Positions 9,536 to 18,859 of a DNA stretch of 64,000 bases are shown here, in pieces; within the stretch, counting starts at the first letter, position 1, and each line of letters opens with the position of its first letter. Location: IMG/VR virus record IMGVR_UViG_3300042450_002433, positions 1-64,000 of that record; one strand, 5' to 3'. Both the position numbers and the translations under genes were made by a program. The stretch comes from a virus. Under the pieces are notes generated by a model. The model was given only the letters and a program-made list of their open reading frames with translations. It made no database searches and was not told where the DNA came from.

Positions 9536-9813
9536 AATCATTCAAAGAATATCTCGAAGAAAAGCGTGACTGCAAAGCAGAATACTTAAAGATGTATGGC
9601 GGCAGTAATCCTACAGCCAAACAGAAACTCGCAAGAAAGAAGAAGACATCGCGCAAGCGTATTCTTCGTGAACTTGGGCGCGAAGGCAAAAGCAATGATG
9701 GCAAGGAGATAGACCACAAAGATGGTAATGCCTTGAACAATCATCCAAGTAATATTCGAGTCATTAGTCGAGCAGAGAACCGCTCTCGAAACAACAATAA
9801 GTGGCGTAAGTGA
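9532..9813 (+). CDS. small HNH endonuclease-like protein with CTS-like leader
   Basis: EIDHKDGNALNNHPSNIRVISRAENRSRN HNH signature. Confidence 0.8.
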   Translation: MKSFKEYLEEKRDCKAEYLKMYGGSNPTAKQKLARKKKTSRKRILRELGREGKSNDGKEIDHKDGNALNNHPSNIRVISRAENRSRNNNKWRK

Positions 9814-9927
9814 TTGCAATCGCCATGTGATTGGTTGTGGATTTTTGGATTTATACTATTTAATACATAGATGTAACAAATAATATAATGGGAATTTTCA
9901 AACAACCTCAACAAGGAGAATCCTCAC

Positions 9928-11514
9928 ATGGCAATACTACATTGGCAAGGCGCAATATCAGGAACGGGTCATACATCAGTCGCAGCATACGATTTTAATA
10001 TTGCATCAAACTGGAAAGTGCAGAGATATGGTCAGCCTGTAAGTACTTGGTCTACATCCCTAACAGCACCAGGAGCAAATGATTTTATCAGTATTGGTGA
10101 ATCTGTTATTGCAAGAACTCCTCTTCTTTTCGGAGGATATACAGGAACTATGGCATCGGGTAGATGGGATTCAAACGGCATTCCTGGTACTACAGGAACG
10201 ACTTTCACATCTTCGCTAGGTTTTGCAAATATACAACTTAAGCCCGCAGTCTATCCATTCCCATATCTTGGTGGTGGAGTAACAGGAGACATTTACAATT
10301 ACCTTTTCTCTGAGAAGGTAAAAAATGGTGCAGGACTAACAAATGAGGCTGCAATGGGCAGTGCTCTTGATATTGCCCGATCACAAGCAGGTCTTAAACT
10401 TAAAGTTTCATCAACTGTAAACATTATTCATACAGGACGAATTGATCCTACAATTGCTTCGGGAGGAACAGCCTCCGATGGATATCCTAACTATTCAGTT
10501 GTTAATATTAACTTTGTTCAATCAAGAGTGCAGCAAACAGGAGTTACGGCTGGTGTTTGCTATACTCATTTATACATGGCTGAGGCTGCAACAGGAGCCA
10601 ATAATGATGGTCTTGGAAATGTAATTATTAATGATGGAAGTTTTAATTCAATGATGAACGCTAGAACAGGTAACCCTTCTGGTACTTCTACAGGAAAAGC
10701 CTCTTCAGTTACATTGAATAATACTGTGGTTAAATCTATTGTTACTCCTAATTGTGATTTTAATGTTGCTGCGAATAGTACAGTTGGAACTCTTACTGTA
10801 GTTGAAGGGTATCTACCGTACTATGCAAAAAGCAAGAAAGACCTAGCAGTTGACAATCGTGAGATTACTTTCTTGGGAAAAGCCAATACAAATCTTGCCA
10901 ATTCCTCATTAGGTTTTATTAATACTGCATCCTCATCTGCTACGGGTTCATTTGTATCGGGAATCTATTTGAATAAGCAATATGCAGGTCTCAATACTGG
11001 TAATTTTGATTATATTCCAACTCTTGTTGTTGGATCTCCTGATGGGGCTACGGCTACTTCTACACCTGTAACAATCGAAAACATTCAGATTCTTGCAGCA
11101 GGAGCATCGGGTGCCCCTTCGAATCTTGATACTCTTCGTAGATGGAATGTATTGTTTAATGGCAATGCTACCGTTACTACTGTTGCCAATGATGGTGGAA
11201 TTGTATCGGCATATGAAGATATCAGGAACGATGCTACAGTGACAGTTGGAGAATTGCAGATGAGAAACAATGCTCTATTGGATCTCACACAAGCACCCAA
11301 CTTCAATGGTTGGTATTTTGGTACTTCTACAGGTAACTCTATTATCGGGGGAATTAATTTCCTTGATGACACAAGTATTGTTCTTGGTTCTGCGGGAGTT
11401 CGTCTGTATAACACCAAGGTTATTGCAGGATATGACTTCCGTGCTGCGACTGATGTTCCTACAACTTCTAAGTTTGCTGTGTTCGCATCAGATGCGATTA
11501 GTGGTAAGAAGTAA
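9928..11514 (+). CDS. Gly/Thr/Asn-rich beta-strand protein, probable virion fibre/adhesin
   Basis: Strong SD AAGGAG; W-x-G...NW...PG..D N-terminus; GxTG repeats; own terminator. Confidence 0.6.
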   Translation: MAILHWQGAISGTGHTSVAAYDFNIASNWKVQRYGQPVSTWSTSLTAPGANDFISIGESVIARTPLLFGGYTGTMASGRWDSNGIPGTTGTTFTSSLGFANIQLKPAVYPFPYLGGGVTGDIYNYLFSEKVKNGAGLTNEAAMGSALDIARSQAGLKLKVSSTVNIIHTGRIDPTIASGGTASDGYPNYSVVNINFVQSRVQQTGVTAGVCYTHLYMAEAATGANNDGLGNVIINDGSFNSMMNARTGNPSGTSTGKASSVTLNNTVVKSIVTPNCDFNVAANSTVGTLTVVEGYLPYYAKSKKDLAVDNREITFLGKANTNLANSSLGFINTASSSATGSFVSGIYLNKQYAGLNTGNFDYIPTLVVGSPDGATATSTPVTIENIQILAAGASGAPSNLDTLRRWNVLFNGNATVTTVANDGGIVSAYEDIRNDATVTVGELQMRNNALLDLTQAPNFNGWYFGTSTGNSIIGGINFLDDTSIVLGSAGVRLYNTKVIAGYDFRAATDVPTTSKFAVFASDAISGKK

Positions 11515-11543
11515 GTTTCAGTATTACAGTTACACATTCACAC

Positions 11544-11578
11544 AAAGGACGGCATCGAAAGGTGCCGTCCTTTCTTTT
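11544..11578 (+). terminator. intrinsic terminator
   Basis: AAAGGACGGCATC-GAAA-GGTGCCGTCCTTT followed by CTTTT. Confidence 0.9.
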
Positions 11579-11650
11579 ACTACCTTTAAGAAGTAAACAT
11601 CAAAACCTCACAGATGTACTTGGCATAAATACGAAGACCAAGGAATCCCC

Positions 11651-12040
11651 ATGTACGAGTACACCATAACTAAAGTTGAGAAGGTTGTTGATGGAGATAC
11701 ACTCGATGTTCTCTTTGATGTCGGCTTTAGTATGTTTCGAAAAGAACGAATTCGGTTGTTGGGAATTGACACCCCCGAAACTCATACCACCAACCTCGAA
11801 GAGAAGAAGATGGGAATGGCAGCAAAGGCATATGCCGAAGCATGGCTCATCAATCAAAAGACTCTTCGAGCAAAGACTACCAAGGATGACAAGTATGGTC
11901 GGATTCTTGCAGAGGTATATGGCGACAATTCTGAATGCCTGAACGAGAAGATGGTGGTTGCAGGTTATGCATGGAAATATGATGGCGGTACAAAGACCAA
12001 GGATTTGTCTGTTCTCATAGAACAGCAAAAGGCACAGTAA
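11651..12040 (+). CDS. thermonuclease (SNase) family nuclease
   Basis: VVDGDTLD, RIRLLGIDTPE, DKYGRILA, LNEKMVVAGYA. Confidence 0.93.
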   Translation: MYEYTITKVEKVVDGDTLDVLFDVGFSMFRKERIRLLGIDTPETHTTNLEEKKMGMAAKAYAEAWLINQKTLRAKTTKDDKYGRILAEVYGDNSECLNEKMVVAGYAWKYDGGTKTKDLSVLIEQQKAQ

Positions 12041-12042
12041 AT

Positions 12043-12804
12043 ATGAAATCTTTCAGTTCACATATCACCGAACTCTTTGATACCTCACACCCGTGGAGCG
12101 CAATGCAGACGGGCGGTGATCATGAGATCTATCGATTTGCTTTCGCAAAGATGCGAGGTGGAAAGATGATTCCATGTCCCATTGGTTCTGGTGGTCTTGA
12201 CATCGAAAAGTTTTATAGGGAAAACGGATTAGAGATCACAGGAAGAGATTCCAACAACATACCGCTTGTGAACGGAAAGCCAACACCTCTTCATGGAGTG
12301 GTATACGAAGTCGGACTTCATAGTCTTGCACACAACCCTACCCTCTATACCGACATGATGGAAAAATCAAACCTTGAGAAACCCGATATGTCGAAGGTGT
12401 GGGAACTGTACTTTCAACGAATGGATTCATTTGTAAAATGGAGTACGAATGCGCTTCCACATCGTTCGGGTTCACGATGGTATTGGTCTTATGACAATAC
12501 CGTAGGTGGTGGCGATGAAGATCTGAACATCATGAGCGGAGGAGAAGCAGCAAAGGTGTTTGGTACAGTTCTTGATATCACCAAGGCATTCGCGGCGAAA
12601 CACAATCCCAAGGGCATTCTTATCGGAACCAAAAGTACGGCAAAAGATGTACGGGGTCGGATATATTCGGGCATGGCAACTCGAAATGCAGGACAAGTCA
12701 TTCAAATTCCATACCCTCCACGCGATGGAATGAAGCAAGGAAACATGATTTGGTTCGACAAAATAAAGCAATTCAATCCGCTTGCAAATCAAGCAAAGGT
12801 GTGA
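12043..12804 (+). CDS. hypothetical protein, paralog family A (CTS-like leader)
   Basis: MKSFSSHITELF; KVFGTVLD..KAFAAKHNPKGI...RGRIY.GM. Confidence 0.7.
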   Translation: MKSFSSHITELFDTSHPWSAMQTGGDHEIYRFAFAKMRGGKMIPCPIGSGGLDIEKFYRENGLEITGRDSNNIPLVNGKPTPLHGVVYEVGLHSLAHNPTLYTDMMEKSNLEKPDMSKVWELYFQRMDSFVKWSTNALPHRSGSRWYWSYDNTVGGGDEDLNIMSGGEAAKVFGTVLDITKAFAAKHNPKGILIGTKSTAKDVRGRIYSGMATRNAGQVIQIPYPPRDGMKQGNMIWFDKIKQFNPLANQAKV

Positions 12805-12817
12805 TATAGTATCCCAC

Positions 12818-13306
12818 ATGCAAAACTTCTCGACCCATGCCATCCTTGCCGCTCTTTCTTATCATCCCGTATACAAGAAAAAGTTGTCCTACAAGTATGT
12901 CGATCTAAAAACGACAGACATCAAGAAGATGCCTCCCATTTCCTATGGAGTGAATGTGGAAAATGGAATGGCAGTAGTCACCGTTCTTCCCGATGGCAAG
13001 GAGACATCCAATACCGCCGAGTATGGCGATATTATCGTCTGTGGTGTGTCCCGAGAGAAGTATGTGATCAAGGCGGCGAAGTTTTCGAAGTTGTATATGG
13101 GCCCAATCGGCAGAACTGTGATTCCTGAACAGACCCCTCGCATGGTGGCTCGTTATACCAAACCCCAAACAATTACATTCGAAGCCCCATGGGGTGAACA
13201 GATGGTCTGCAAGGCAGGAGACTATGTCGTTCGTGAGGCAGATGGCAACGGGTACTACCGAATCGCCAAGGCAGAGTTTGAAAAGACTTACGAGCGTATT
13301 CCCTAA
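12818..13306 (+). CDS. PGDYG-like domain protein
   Basis: APWGEQMVCKAGDYVV...YYRIAKAEFEKTYE plus an internal half-repeat (GDIIV...KYVIK..KF.KLY); promoter TTGCAA-17-TATAGT at 12782-12810. Confidence 0.6.
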   Translation: MQNFSTHAILAALSYHPVYKKKLSYKYVDLKTTDIKKMPPISYGVNVENGMAVVTVLPDGKETSNTAEYGDIIVCGVSREKYVIKAAKFSKLYMGPIGRTVIPEQTPRMVARYTKPQTITFEAPWGEQMVCKAGDYVVREADGNGYYRIAKAEFEKTYERIP

Positions 13307-13329
13307 ATACATGGTAGGAGTATTACCAT

Positions 13330-13626
13330 ATGGGCAAATCGTTCGATCCTAATAATCCATTTGAAGACAATTTCTCGTTCGAGGTGGTAGACTCACCCGA
13401 GGAGAATGTTCGTGCTGCTGTCGGCAAGATGGAAACTCAGAAGGAAGTTGCCATACGGGTATATGGTGAAAAGATGAAAGAGGTGGAGGGCATGATCTTG
13501 CCACTCCTAAATAATCTTCTGAAGAACCCCGACAAAGAATATATCAAATGGGGAAATCGTACCGAAGCAATCAACAAGCAGATTGCTAAAATCACTTCAG
13601 TGACACGAACTCAACTCGAACTATAA
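13330..13626 (+). CDS. conserved T4-like phage hypothetical protein
   Basis: ILPLLNNLLKNPDKEYIKWGNR motif; late promoter and SD. Confidence 0.75.
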   Translation: MGKSFDPNNPFEDNFSFEVVDSPEENVRAAVGKMETQKEVAIRVYGEKMKEVEGMILPLLNNLLKNPDKEYIKWGNRTEAINKQIAKITSVTRTQLEL

Positions 13627-13638
13627 TTAGGAATTATC

Positions 13639-13866
13639 ATGAATCAAAAGAAAACTGTGTCAAGTAAGAATAATACCGACAACACCTTCAAGTGGGCGAC
13701 TCTTGTCCTTGCGGGATTGTCTCTTGTATTTTCCTTTACTGCTATTCGTAAAGTAAACCGAATGAAGGATACTGTATGTGTGGTAGTCGAATGTCCACAA
13801 CCAACGAGTGCTGCTCCCGATGCACCAATTGTTGACGGTGTTCCTACTATGCTTGTAGCCCCATAA
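13639..13866 (+). CDS. small membrane protein
   Basis: SD AGGA; one hydrophobic helix. Confidence 0.6.
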   Translation: MNQKKTVSSKNNTDNTFKWATLVLAGLSLVFSFTAIRKVNRMKDTVCVVVECPQPTSAAPDAPIVDGVPTMLVAP

Positions 13867-13876
13867 GAATCATCAG

Positions 13877-15337
13877 ATGAAATCTCTAACCTCATATATC
13901 AAATCATATACTGAAGAGATGGAAGTATGGGGTATTCCATTGATGGAAAAGAGTGACGGCACAGGCAAGCAGAGACATACTCTTACTGCATCGGGATGGA
14001 ACAAATCCTTTGTCGATGGATCATCCAATATATGGACACCCGTTGGCCCTCCTGAAGTTGTGTCGGCAGATGTAGCACCACCACCAAATGCTACGATCCT
14101 GAATTCGAAAAATAAGAGCAAGGTGTTTCTCATGAACCTGACTCTTCAAACAGATTCGGGCAATCGGATTGTTGTGTCCAAGTATCTGTCATCCGATGAG
14201 GGTGGTATCTCAAATACCGAATTCAAAATTAAAGTCGGGTTGAAGCGAACACGAGAGTCCTTCAAGATTAGCACCAAGCAACTGCTTGCGGGTGCACCAA
14301 CAATGGACATGGACATCGGTAGAGTCGGCGCACCCCAAGTAGAAAAGTTTTATGCATTCAGTGATGCGAATGTGTTGATTGATTTGGTTGTTAAAAATCT
14401 TGAGACACATCTTCAATCAAATACAAATCTTGTATCGGCAGTCGAGTCGTTTCTTAGTCGCGGATGCGATCATATGAATTGGCCCTCGGACACTCCCGAA
14501 TCTCTCAAGGTAGCAATAACACAGGTTCTATCCGAACTCATTGTTGGTGTGTGTCTTCTGAAGAATACCGCCTTCGTCCTATCAAGTAAAATTCCATTCA
14601 CAAGTTCGGTTGAATCGTTCTATCTTCCTGTAAAGGATTTTCTTTCGACCATTGACTTTGTGCTGAAGTTGCGCGATGGGAATATTGTTAAGTTCTCTTC
14701 GAAGGTCAAGGAGGGTGCTGCCGCAGCATTCGGCCCGCGACTCATATGGGCTGCTGTTACTTCGGCTCCAAATTCCCCCATTCACAGAGCAGCGAATCGA
14801 TTGTTGAAGGGAACAGAAATTGGTAAGTTCACCGACATTCTTAGATCACGAGAAAACAAATTGAAACAGGCTGCATATGAGTATGCCTTTTCCCTAATTG
14901 GAATGGGCAATGTGGATTCATGGGTAAAGAGTACCGCAAGTGCTAAATGTAATATTACAGGTATTTCTCAGAAAGAGCGAGAGGAACTGATTCAAAAAGT
15001 TTCTTCATATGCTGCAACTAAAAATCTAATGTCGAAGTCATACTTTAAAGCATTGCGAGATGGAGATGTTTGTGCTCTCTCGATTGTCGTTCGATATATC
15101 ATTGCCGATGCACTCAATAGCGATGCCAAAAGTCAAAAACCAATGTTGATGATTCTTAGAATGTATGAGTATTTCCAACTCCACATGGACAAGACGGCAT
15201 TCATGCGAACAGGATCCGTGAAGTTCTTCCTCAAGGGTCTGCGATCACACATCAGTAAAATTACGATTGACCCAGGTAAGGGTTCACTTGGGGACACATC
15301 AGGCTCGTATGGATTCCTCAACTTCAGACTTGAGTGA
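13877..15337 (+). CDS. hypothetical protein, possible PD-(D/E)xK nuclease fold, CTS-like leader
   Basis: MKSLTSYIKSYTEE; SEL...FYLP...IDFVL...KFSSK resembles a restriction-like core. Confidence 0.5.
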   Translation: MKSLTSYIKSYTEEMEVWGIPLMEKSDGTGKQRHTLTASGWNKSFVDGSSNIWTPVGPPEVVSADVAPPPNATILNSKNKSKVFLMNLTLQTDSGNRIVVSKYLSSDEGGISNTEFKIKVGLKRTRESFKISTKQLLAGAPTMDMDIGRVGAPQVEKFYAFSDANVLIDLVVKNLETHLQSNTNLVSAVESFLSRGCDHMNWPSDTPESLKVAITQVLSELIVGVCLLKNTAFVLSSKIPFTSSVESFYLPVKDFLSTIDFVLKLRDGNIVKFSSKVKEGAAAAFGPRLIWAAVTSAPNSPIHRAANRLLKGTEIGKFTDILRSRENKLKQAAYEYAFSLIGMGNVDSWVKSTASAKCNITGISQKEREELIQKVSSYAATKNLMSKSYFKALRDGDVCALSIVVRYIIADALNSDAKSQKPMLMILRMYEYFQLHMDKTAFMRTGSVKFFLKGLRSHISKITIDPGKGSLGDTSGSYGFLNFRLE

Positions 15338-15380
15338 TATGCCTGTTATTATCGGACTATAGAAAAATTGAACAGTGGGC

Positions 15381-15409
15381 TTGACAGGGTATTGCATTTG
15401 TGCTATACT
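15381..15409 (+). promoter_or_regulatory. sigma70 early promoter
   Basis: TTGACA-17-TATACT. Confidence 0.85.
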
Positions 15410-15443
15410 CTGTTTTATCAAAGTGAGAAACCGAACAGAACAC

Positions 15444-15653
15444 ATGACACCCGTCACAACCATCCTCAAGGGTCTTCTTCTTCTCTCACTCCTTATGAGC
15501 GGAGTGGTAATGCTCAACTCGGGGTCAGCGAACCTTTGCAGTGGATTCTTTGGATGGATCTTTTTGAGTGCCCTTGTATGGTTGGTTCTTGCTGTTGTGC
15601 TTTCCCCGATTCTTATTATTGTTGGTTTCGTTGGAAAGATGCTTGGGCTGTAA
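15444..15653 (+). CDS. small two-TM membrane protein
   Basis: MTPVTTILKGLLLLSLLM...; directly after the promoter. Confidence 0.6.
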   Translation: MTPVTTILKGLLLLSLLMSGVVMLNSGSANLCSGFFGWIFLSALVWLVLAVVLSPILIIVGFVGKMLGL

Positions 15654-15682
15654 AAAATCTTACAAACAATTGCGATTGGGTC

Positions 15683-15710
15683 TTGACAAACCCAAAACTT
15701 AGTGTATACT
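15683..15710 (+). promoter_or_regulatory. sigma70 early promoter
   Basis: TTGACA-16-TATACT. Confidence 0.8.
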
Positions 15711-15745
15711 TTAGAGATAACCTTAACACACAGGAGTCAGATCGA

Positions 15746-15997
15746 ATGCCTCGTCCACGAAAGAATATCGTCCTAAACTTTGACGCAATCTCAACCGCAC
15801 TGAACAGCGGAGACACCATCAAGTTGAAGGTTCTTGCTGCGGAGTATGGAACATGTCCTCCCGTAATCAAGCGATGTCTGATTGAGTTTTACGGAGACAA
15901 GATTGATTTTGTTCCAGGTCGTAACGGTGGTGTTCGCAATCTGAACACCACACAGTCACAAACGAATTGTTCACCCTCATTGGCGGCGGTTGCTTGA
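15746..15997 (+). CDS. small early protein, possible HTH/winged-helix DNA-binding protein
   Basis: SD AGGAG; MPRPRK...LKVLAAEYGTCPPVIKRCL...GRNGGVR. Confidence 0.6.
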   Translation: MPRPRKNIVLNFDAISTALNSGDTIKLKVLAAEYGTCPPVIKRCLIEFYGDKIDFVPGRNGGVRNLNTTQSQTNCSPSLAAVA

Positions 15998-16015
15998 TTC
16001 AAGGAGTATTACATT

Positions 16016-16360
16016 ATGTCTCTGCGACCCCGCCAATTTAATTTCCTCGCTGCCTTTGAGGCAGAGCATGGTCAGCCCGACTATGTTTCTCGACCAACAC
16101 TCCTTGAGTTTGTTGAGAAGCATAAGGGAAACAAAGGTCAGTTCGGCTATATGCTGAGATGGCCTGCGTGGTTGACCTACAACCAACCCGATGACCGTCC
16201 ATACAAGTCTCTCCGAAGGGGGCAGTTCTTGATGACAAAGGCATGGGTAGAGTATAACGAATGGAAGAGCCAGAGCAATTCTGCGACTCAACATTCGACA
16301 CATACTTCTGCCACGGGCAGCGAGGAAGCAAGCCACACCCCTGACCTATCGGAGATGTAA
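16016..16360 (+). CDS. hypothetical early protein (resembles the CobS N-terminal domain)
   Basis: SD AAGGAG; Q..F..A.......VSR......P.WLT......RGQF parallels CobS residues 1-60. Confidence 0.65.
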   Translation: MSLRPRQFNFLAAFEAEHGQPDYVSRPTLLEFVEKHKGNKGQFGYMLRWPAWLTYNQPDDRPYKSLRRGQFLMTKAWVEYNEWKSQSNSATQHSTHTSATGSEEASHTPDLSEM

Positions 16361-16452
16361 CTCCGAAGGAACGGGATATCTAAACCAACTGCTAGTGGAG
16401 CAGTTTTACCCAAGTGAGAGCGACTTATCGCTCAGAAAGAGATTGAGAAACT

Positions 16453-16782
16453 ATGGCTACGAGTACAATGAATCGCAAGGCTGTTAAGAACACGAAGAGC
16501 AACGGAACCCGCCGTTCATACATCTCCGCACAGAACCTTATGGAAGGTGATGAGTTTGTGATGCGCGGCGAGTCGAATGTCTTCGTTGAGAAGATCGTTC
16601 GTAATGAGGCGAAGAATTCCGTCACCGTTACCTTCTGCAATGACATGAAGCGTAAGTATGTGTGGAATGATCGTGCGCTCATCATTGAGACCGCAAGTCG
16701 GAATGCGTATCGCCGTAACTCCTTGCGCCGCAATGGTTATCAGAACTACTTCGATGTTCTCGAAGAGCAGTTCGGAGTCTGA
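16453..16782 (+). CDS. hypothetical early protein
   Basis: ORF followed by a terminator. Confidence 0.65.
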   Translation: MATSTMNRKAVKNTKSNGTRRSYISAQNLMEGDEFVMRGESNVFVEKIVRNEAKNSVTVTFCNDMKRKYVWNDRALIIETASRNAYRRNSLRRNGYQNYFDVLEEQFGV

Positions 16783-16814
16783 TAACTTACTCAGTCTGAA
16801 CATCTTAACTTAGA

Positions 16815-16848
16815 GCATCCCCTGCCGAAAGGTGGGGGATGTTTTTTT
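16815..16848 (+). terminator. intrinsic terminator
   Basis: CATCCCCTGCC-GAAA-GGTGGGGGATG followed by T7. Confidence 0.9.
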
Positions 16849-16879
16849 ATTATCGGACGCAATGTATCGGCCATACCTA

Positions 16880-16908
16880 TTGACAGGCGGCTAAGGATAG
16901 ACTATTCT
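16880..16908 (+). promoter_or_regulatory. sigma70 promoter
   Basis: TTGACA-17-TATTCT. Confidence 0.7.
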
Positions 16909-16959
16909 TTGGGTGTTGGAGGGGAGAACCCTTCCGAGACTCGATTAAAGGAGAACCAC

Positions 16960-17760
16960 ATGACTACGCTCAATTCAACATTTACGCCTCCTCCTGTGGA
17001 TCGTTACGCCGACATTCATGATGATGCGGCAGAGATGGTCATTACAGGCCCAGCCATAATCGATGTATATGTCAAAACCATTTACAACTCTCCAGTCCAT
17101 CGGGTATTAGATGTGAAGGTGGTTCCATTCGCAACTTATGTTACGGATCGGCACAATACGATTATTGATGTTTCGGCTGTTGTGCGAGTCGAAGCAACAG
17201 TTTGGAATAGTATTTCTCAGACTTTGTCGGTTGTCTCTCAGAATCTTGTACGAACCAAGGGTGGGCGATATGGTTATTTGGAACATGCAAAGCAATCAGA
17301 CTTGCATCAATACCTCGCGCACTCATTGAATCTAGTGAAGAGTTATTTTGAAAATGTCCCATTGGAGCGGAAAGATTATTGGGACAATGTTCCCAAACAA
17401 ATTTTGGTGGTAGATTCAAATGAGCGAGAAGAGATGCGTACAGTCTTCATCAACAGTTTGGTTGCTCGTGTTCGCGAAGAGTTGAAGACTAACGATCCGA
17501 TCAAGAAGGGCAGTACGATCAAGGTTGTGCGTGGAAGAAAAATCCCACATGGCACAACGGGTGTTGTGTTTTGGTCGGGAGTAAGTCAGTGGGGTTTGCG
17601 GTACGGATTTAAGGATTCGAGCGGAACTGTGTTTTGGGCTGCTGCGGGTAATGTTGAACTTGATGGGCAGATTGATGACGCAACTGTTATTGCTGAGGCA
17701 AAGAAGCGATATGAGCAGGATCATGTAGCAAAGAATGTCTTCGGTTCGTCTCGGGCATAA
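16960..17760 (+). CDS. hypothetical early protein with C-terminal SH3/KOW-like motif
   Basis: SD AAGGAG; KG..IKVVRGRKIPHGTTGVVFW motif. Confidence 0.7.
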   Translation: MTTLNSTFTPPPVDRYADIHDDAAEMVITGPAIIDVYVKTIYNSPVHRVLDVKVVPFATYVTDRHNTIIDVSAVVRVEATVWNSISQTLSVVSQNLVRTKGGRYGYLEHAKQSDLHQYLAHSLNLVKSYFENVPLERKDYWDNVPKQILVVDSNEREEMRTVFINSLVARVREELKTNDPIKKGSTIKVVRGRKIPHGTTGVVFWSGVSQWGLRYGFKDSSGTVFWAAAGNVELDGQIDDATVIAEAKKRYEQDHVAKNVFGSSRA

Positions 17761-17793
17761 GATTTTGCCTGATTGGTAAGTGTTTTTTATTTT

Positions 17794-17819
17794 AACCCCT
17801 GTCATGTACAGGGGTTTTT
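17794..17819. terminator. intrinsic terminator
   Basis: AACCCCTGT-cATGt-ACAGGGGTT followed by TTT. Confidence 0.7.
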
Positions 17820-17853
17820 CATATCTATAAATAACGGATCAGGAGGTCTTACT

Positions 17854-18000
17854 ATGGCAAGCAGTAGAGGCGGGTTCAACAATAGGAACCAACGAACAAA
17901 AAAACAAATGACTCTTATCAAAAAAACTAATCGTAAGCGGAATCTTGAGGGATGCGCTGCTAAAAAGATTGCGATCAAGGAGATGAAAAATGACCAATAA
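17854..18000 (+). CDS. small basic late protein
   Basis: TATAAATA promoter and AGGAGG SD; K/R-rich 48 aa. Confidence 0.6.
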   Translation: MASSRGGFNNRNQRTKKQMTLIKKTNRKRNLEGCAAKKIAIKEMKNDQ

Positions 18001-18367
18001 CAATGATATGATTTCTCAGGCAATGGGAATCTTGGGAGGTTCCAAGAAGGAGACAGCCCCGCAGAAGGCTCAGGTAGCCTCCGAGACAGGAAAGTCGCTA
18101 CCGAAGCCATGGCTTCTCAAGGAGACCCCACAGACACACACAGCGGCTCCCACCCACAGACAGACTGATACGGTTCAGCCCACACAGGAGATTACCTCCA
18201 AGGTTTCCCGTGCAGAGCGGATTGTTGTCAAGGAACTTGCACGATATGCGGCTCTCCATTCTTCTATTTTGGAGATGAAATATGAGATGGAACGGGGTGG
18301 CAATATTGCCCTGATCGAACAGCGACTTGACGAGACTCTTAAAAATGCAAAGGTTGTAATTAAGTAA
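17990..18367 (+). CDS. hypothetical protein
   Basis: SD AAGGAG. Confidence 0.65.
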   Translation: MTNNNDMISQAMGILGGSKKETAPQKAQVASETGKSLPKPWLLKETPQTHTAAPTHRQTDTVQPTQEITSKVSRAERIVVKELARYAALHSSILEMKYEMERGGNIALIEQRLDETLKNAKVVIK

Positions 18368-18375
18368 GGAATCGA

Positions 18376-18828
18376 ATGTATCATTATCAACGCCAAATTA
18401 TTGCTGAAGCCGCAAAGTACCAAAAAGACCCAACTCCAAAGGAAGATACTCCTATGAAGGATCCTGAGGGGGCTATGGCAATAACACAACTTCGAAGCAT
18501 TATCGAAAAGGCAAATGATATACTTCCTACCCTTAAGGCAGAGTCACAGTTAGAGGCATGGGTGCAAAGTAAGATATCTTTAGCAGACGATTATATTACT
18601 ACCGTAAGAGATCATATCAAGCAGAATGCTGATGTGGTGGACGAGTCGGCTCATGTGTCGGAGCAGATCATCAAGCCAACCCGTATGGAGGTGCAGAAGC
18701 ACTTCGATGCACAGACAGGTTCACCGCGAGATCGGGTGCTGTCTACCGAACGGGCACTAATGGTTTCGGAACTCATGGTTGGCGATGATGGGGTAGTGAG
18801 CACTTATAAATTCAATGATTCTCCTTGA
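18376..18828 (+). CDS. conserved T4-like late protein
   Basis: EGAMAITQL...QLEAWVQSKISLADDYI motif; leader QRQIIAEAAK shared with 19012. Confidence 0.7.
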   Translation: MYHYQRQIIAEAAKYQKDPTPKEDTPMKDPEGAMAITQLRSIIEKANDILPTLKAESQLEAWVQSKISLADDYITTVRDHIKQNADVVDESAHVSEQIIKPTRMEVQKHFDAQTGSPRDRVLSTERALMVSELMVGDDGVVSTYKFNDSP

Positions 18829-18859
18829 CACCTGCTGTGGGTGTGATATAGTACATCCC

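Noticed and set aside
9532-9813. HNH as a mobile homing element
   Set aside because: Only 93 aa, no separate DNA-binding domain, not inserted in a conserved gene, and it carries the CTS-like leader.
15368-15745. N-terminal extension of the 209-aa ORF
   Set aside because: It spans two promoters and another gene; the real start is ATG 15746 with an SD.
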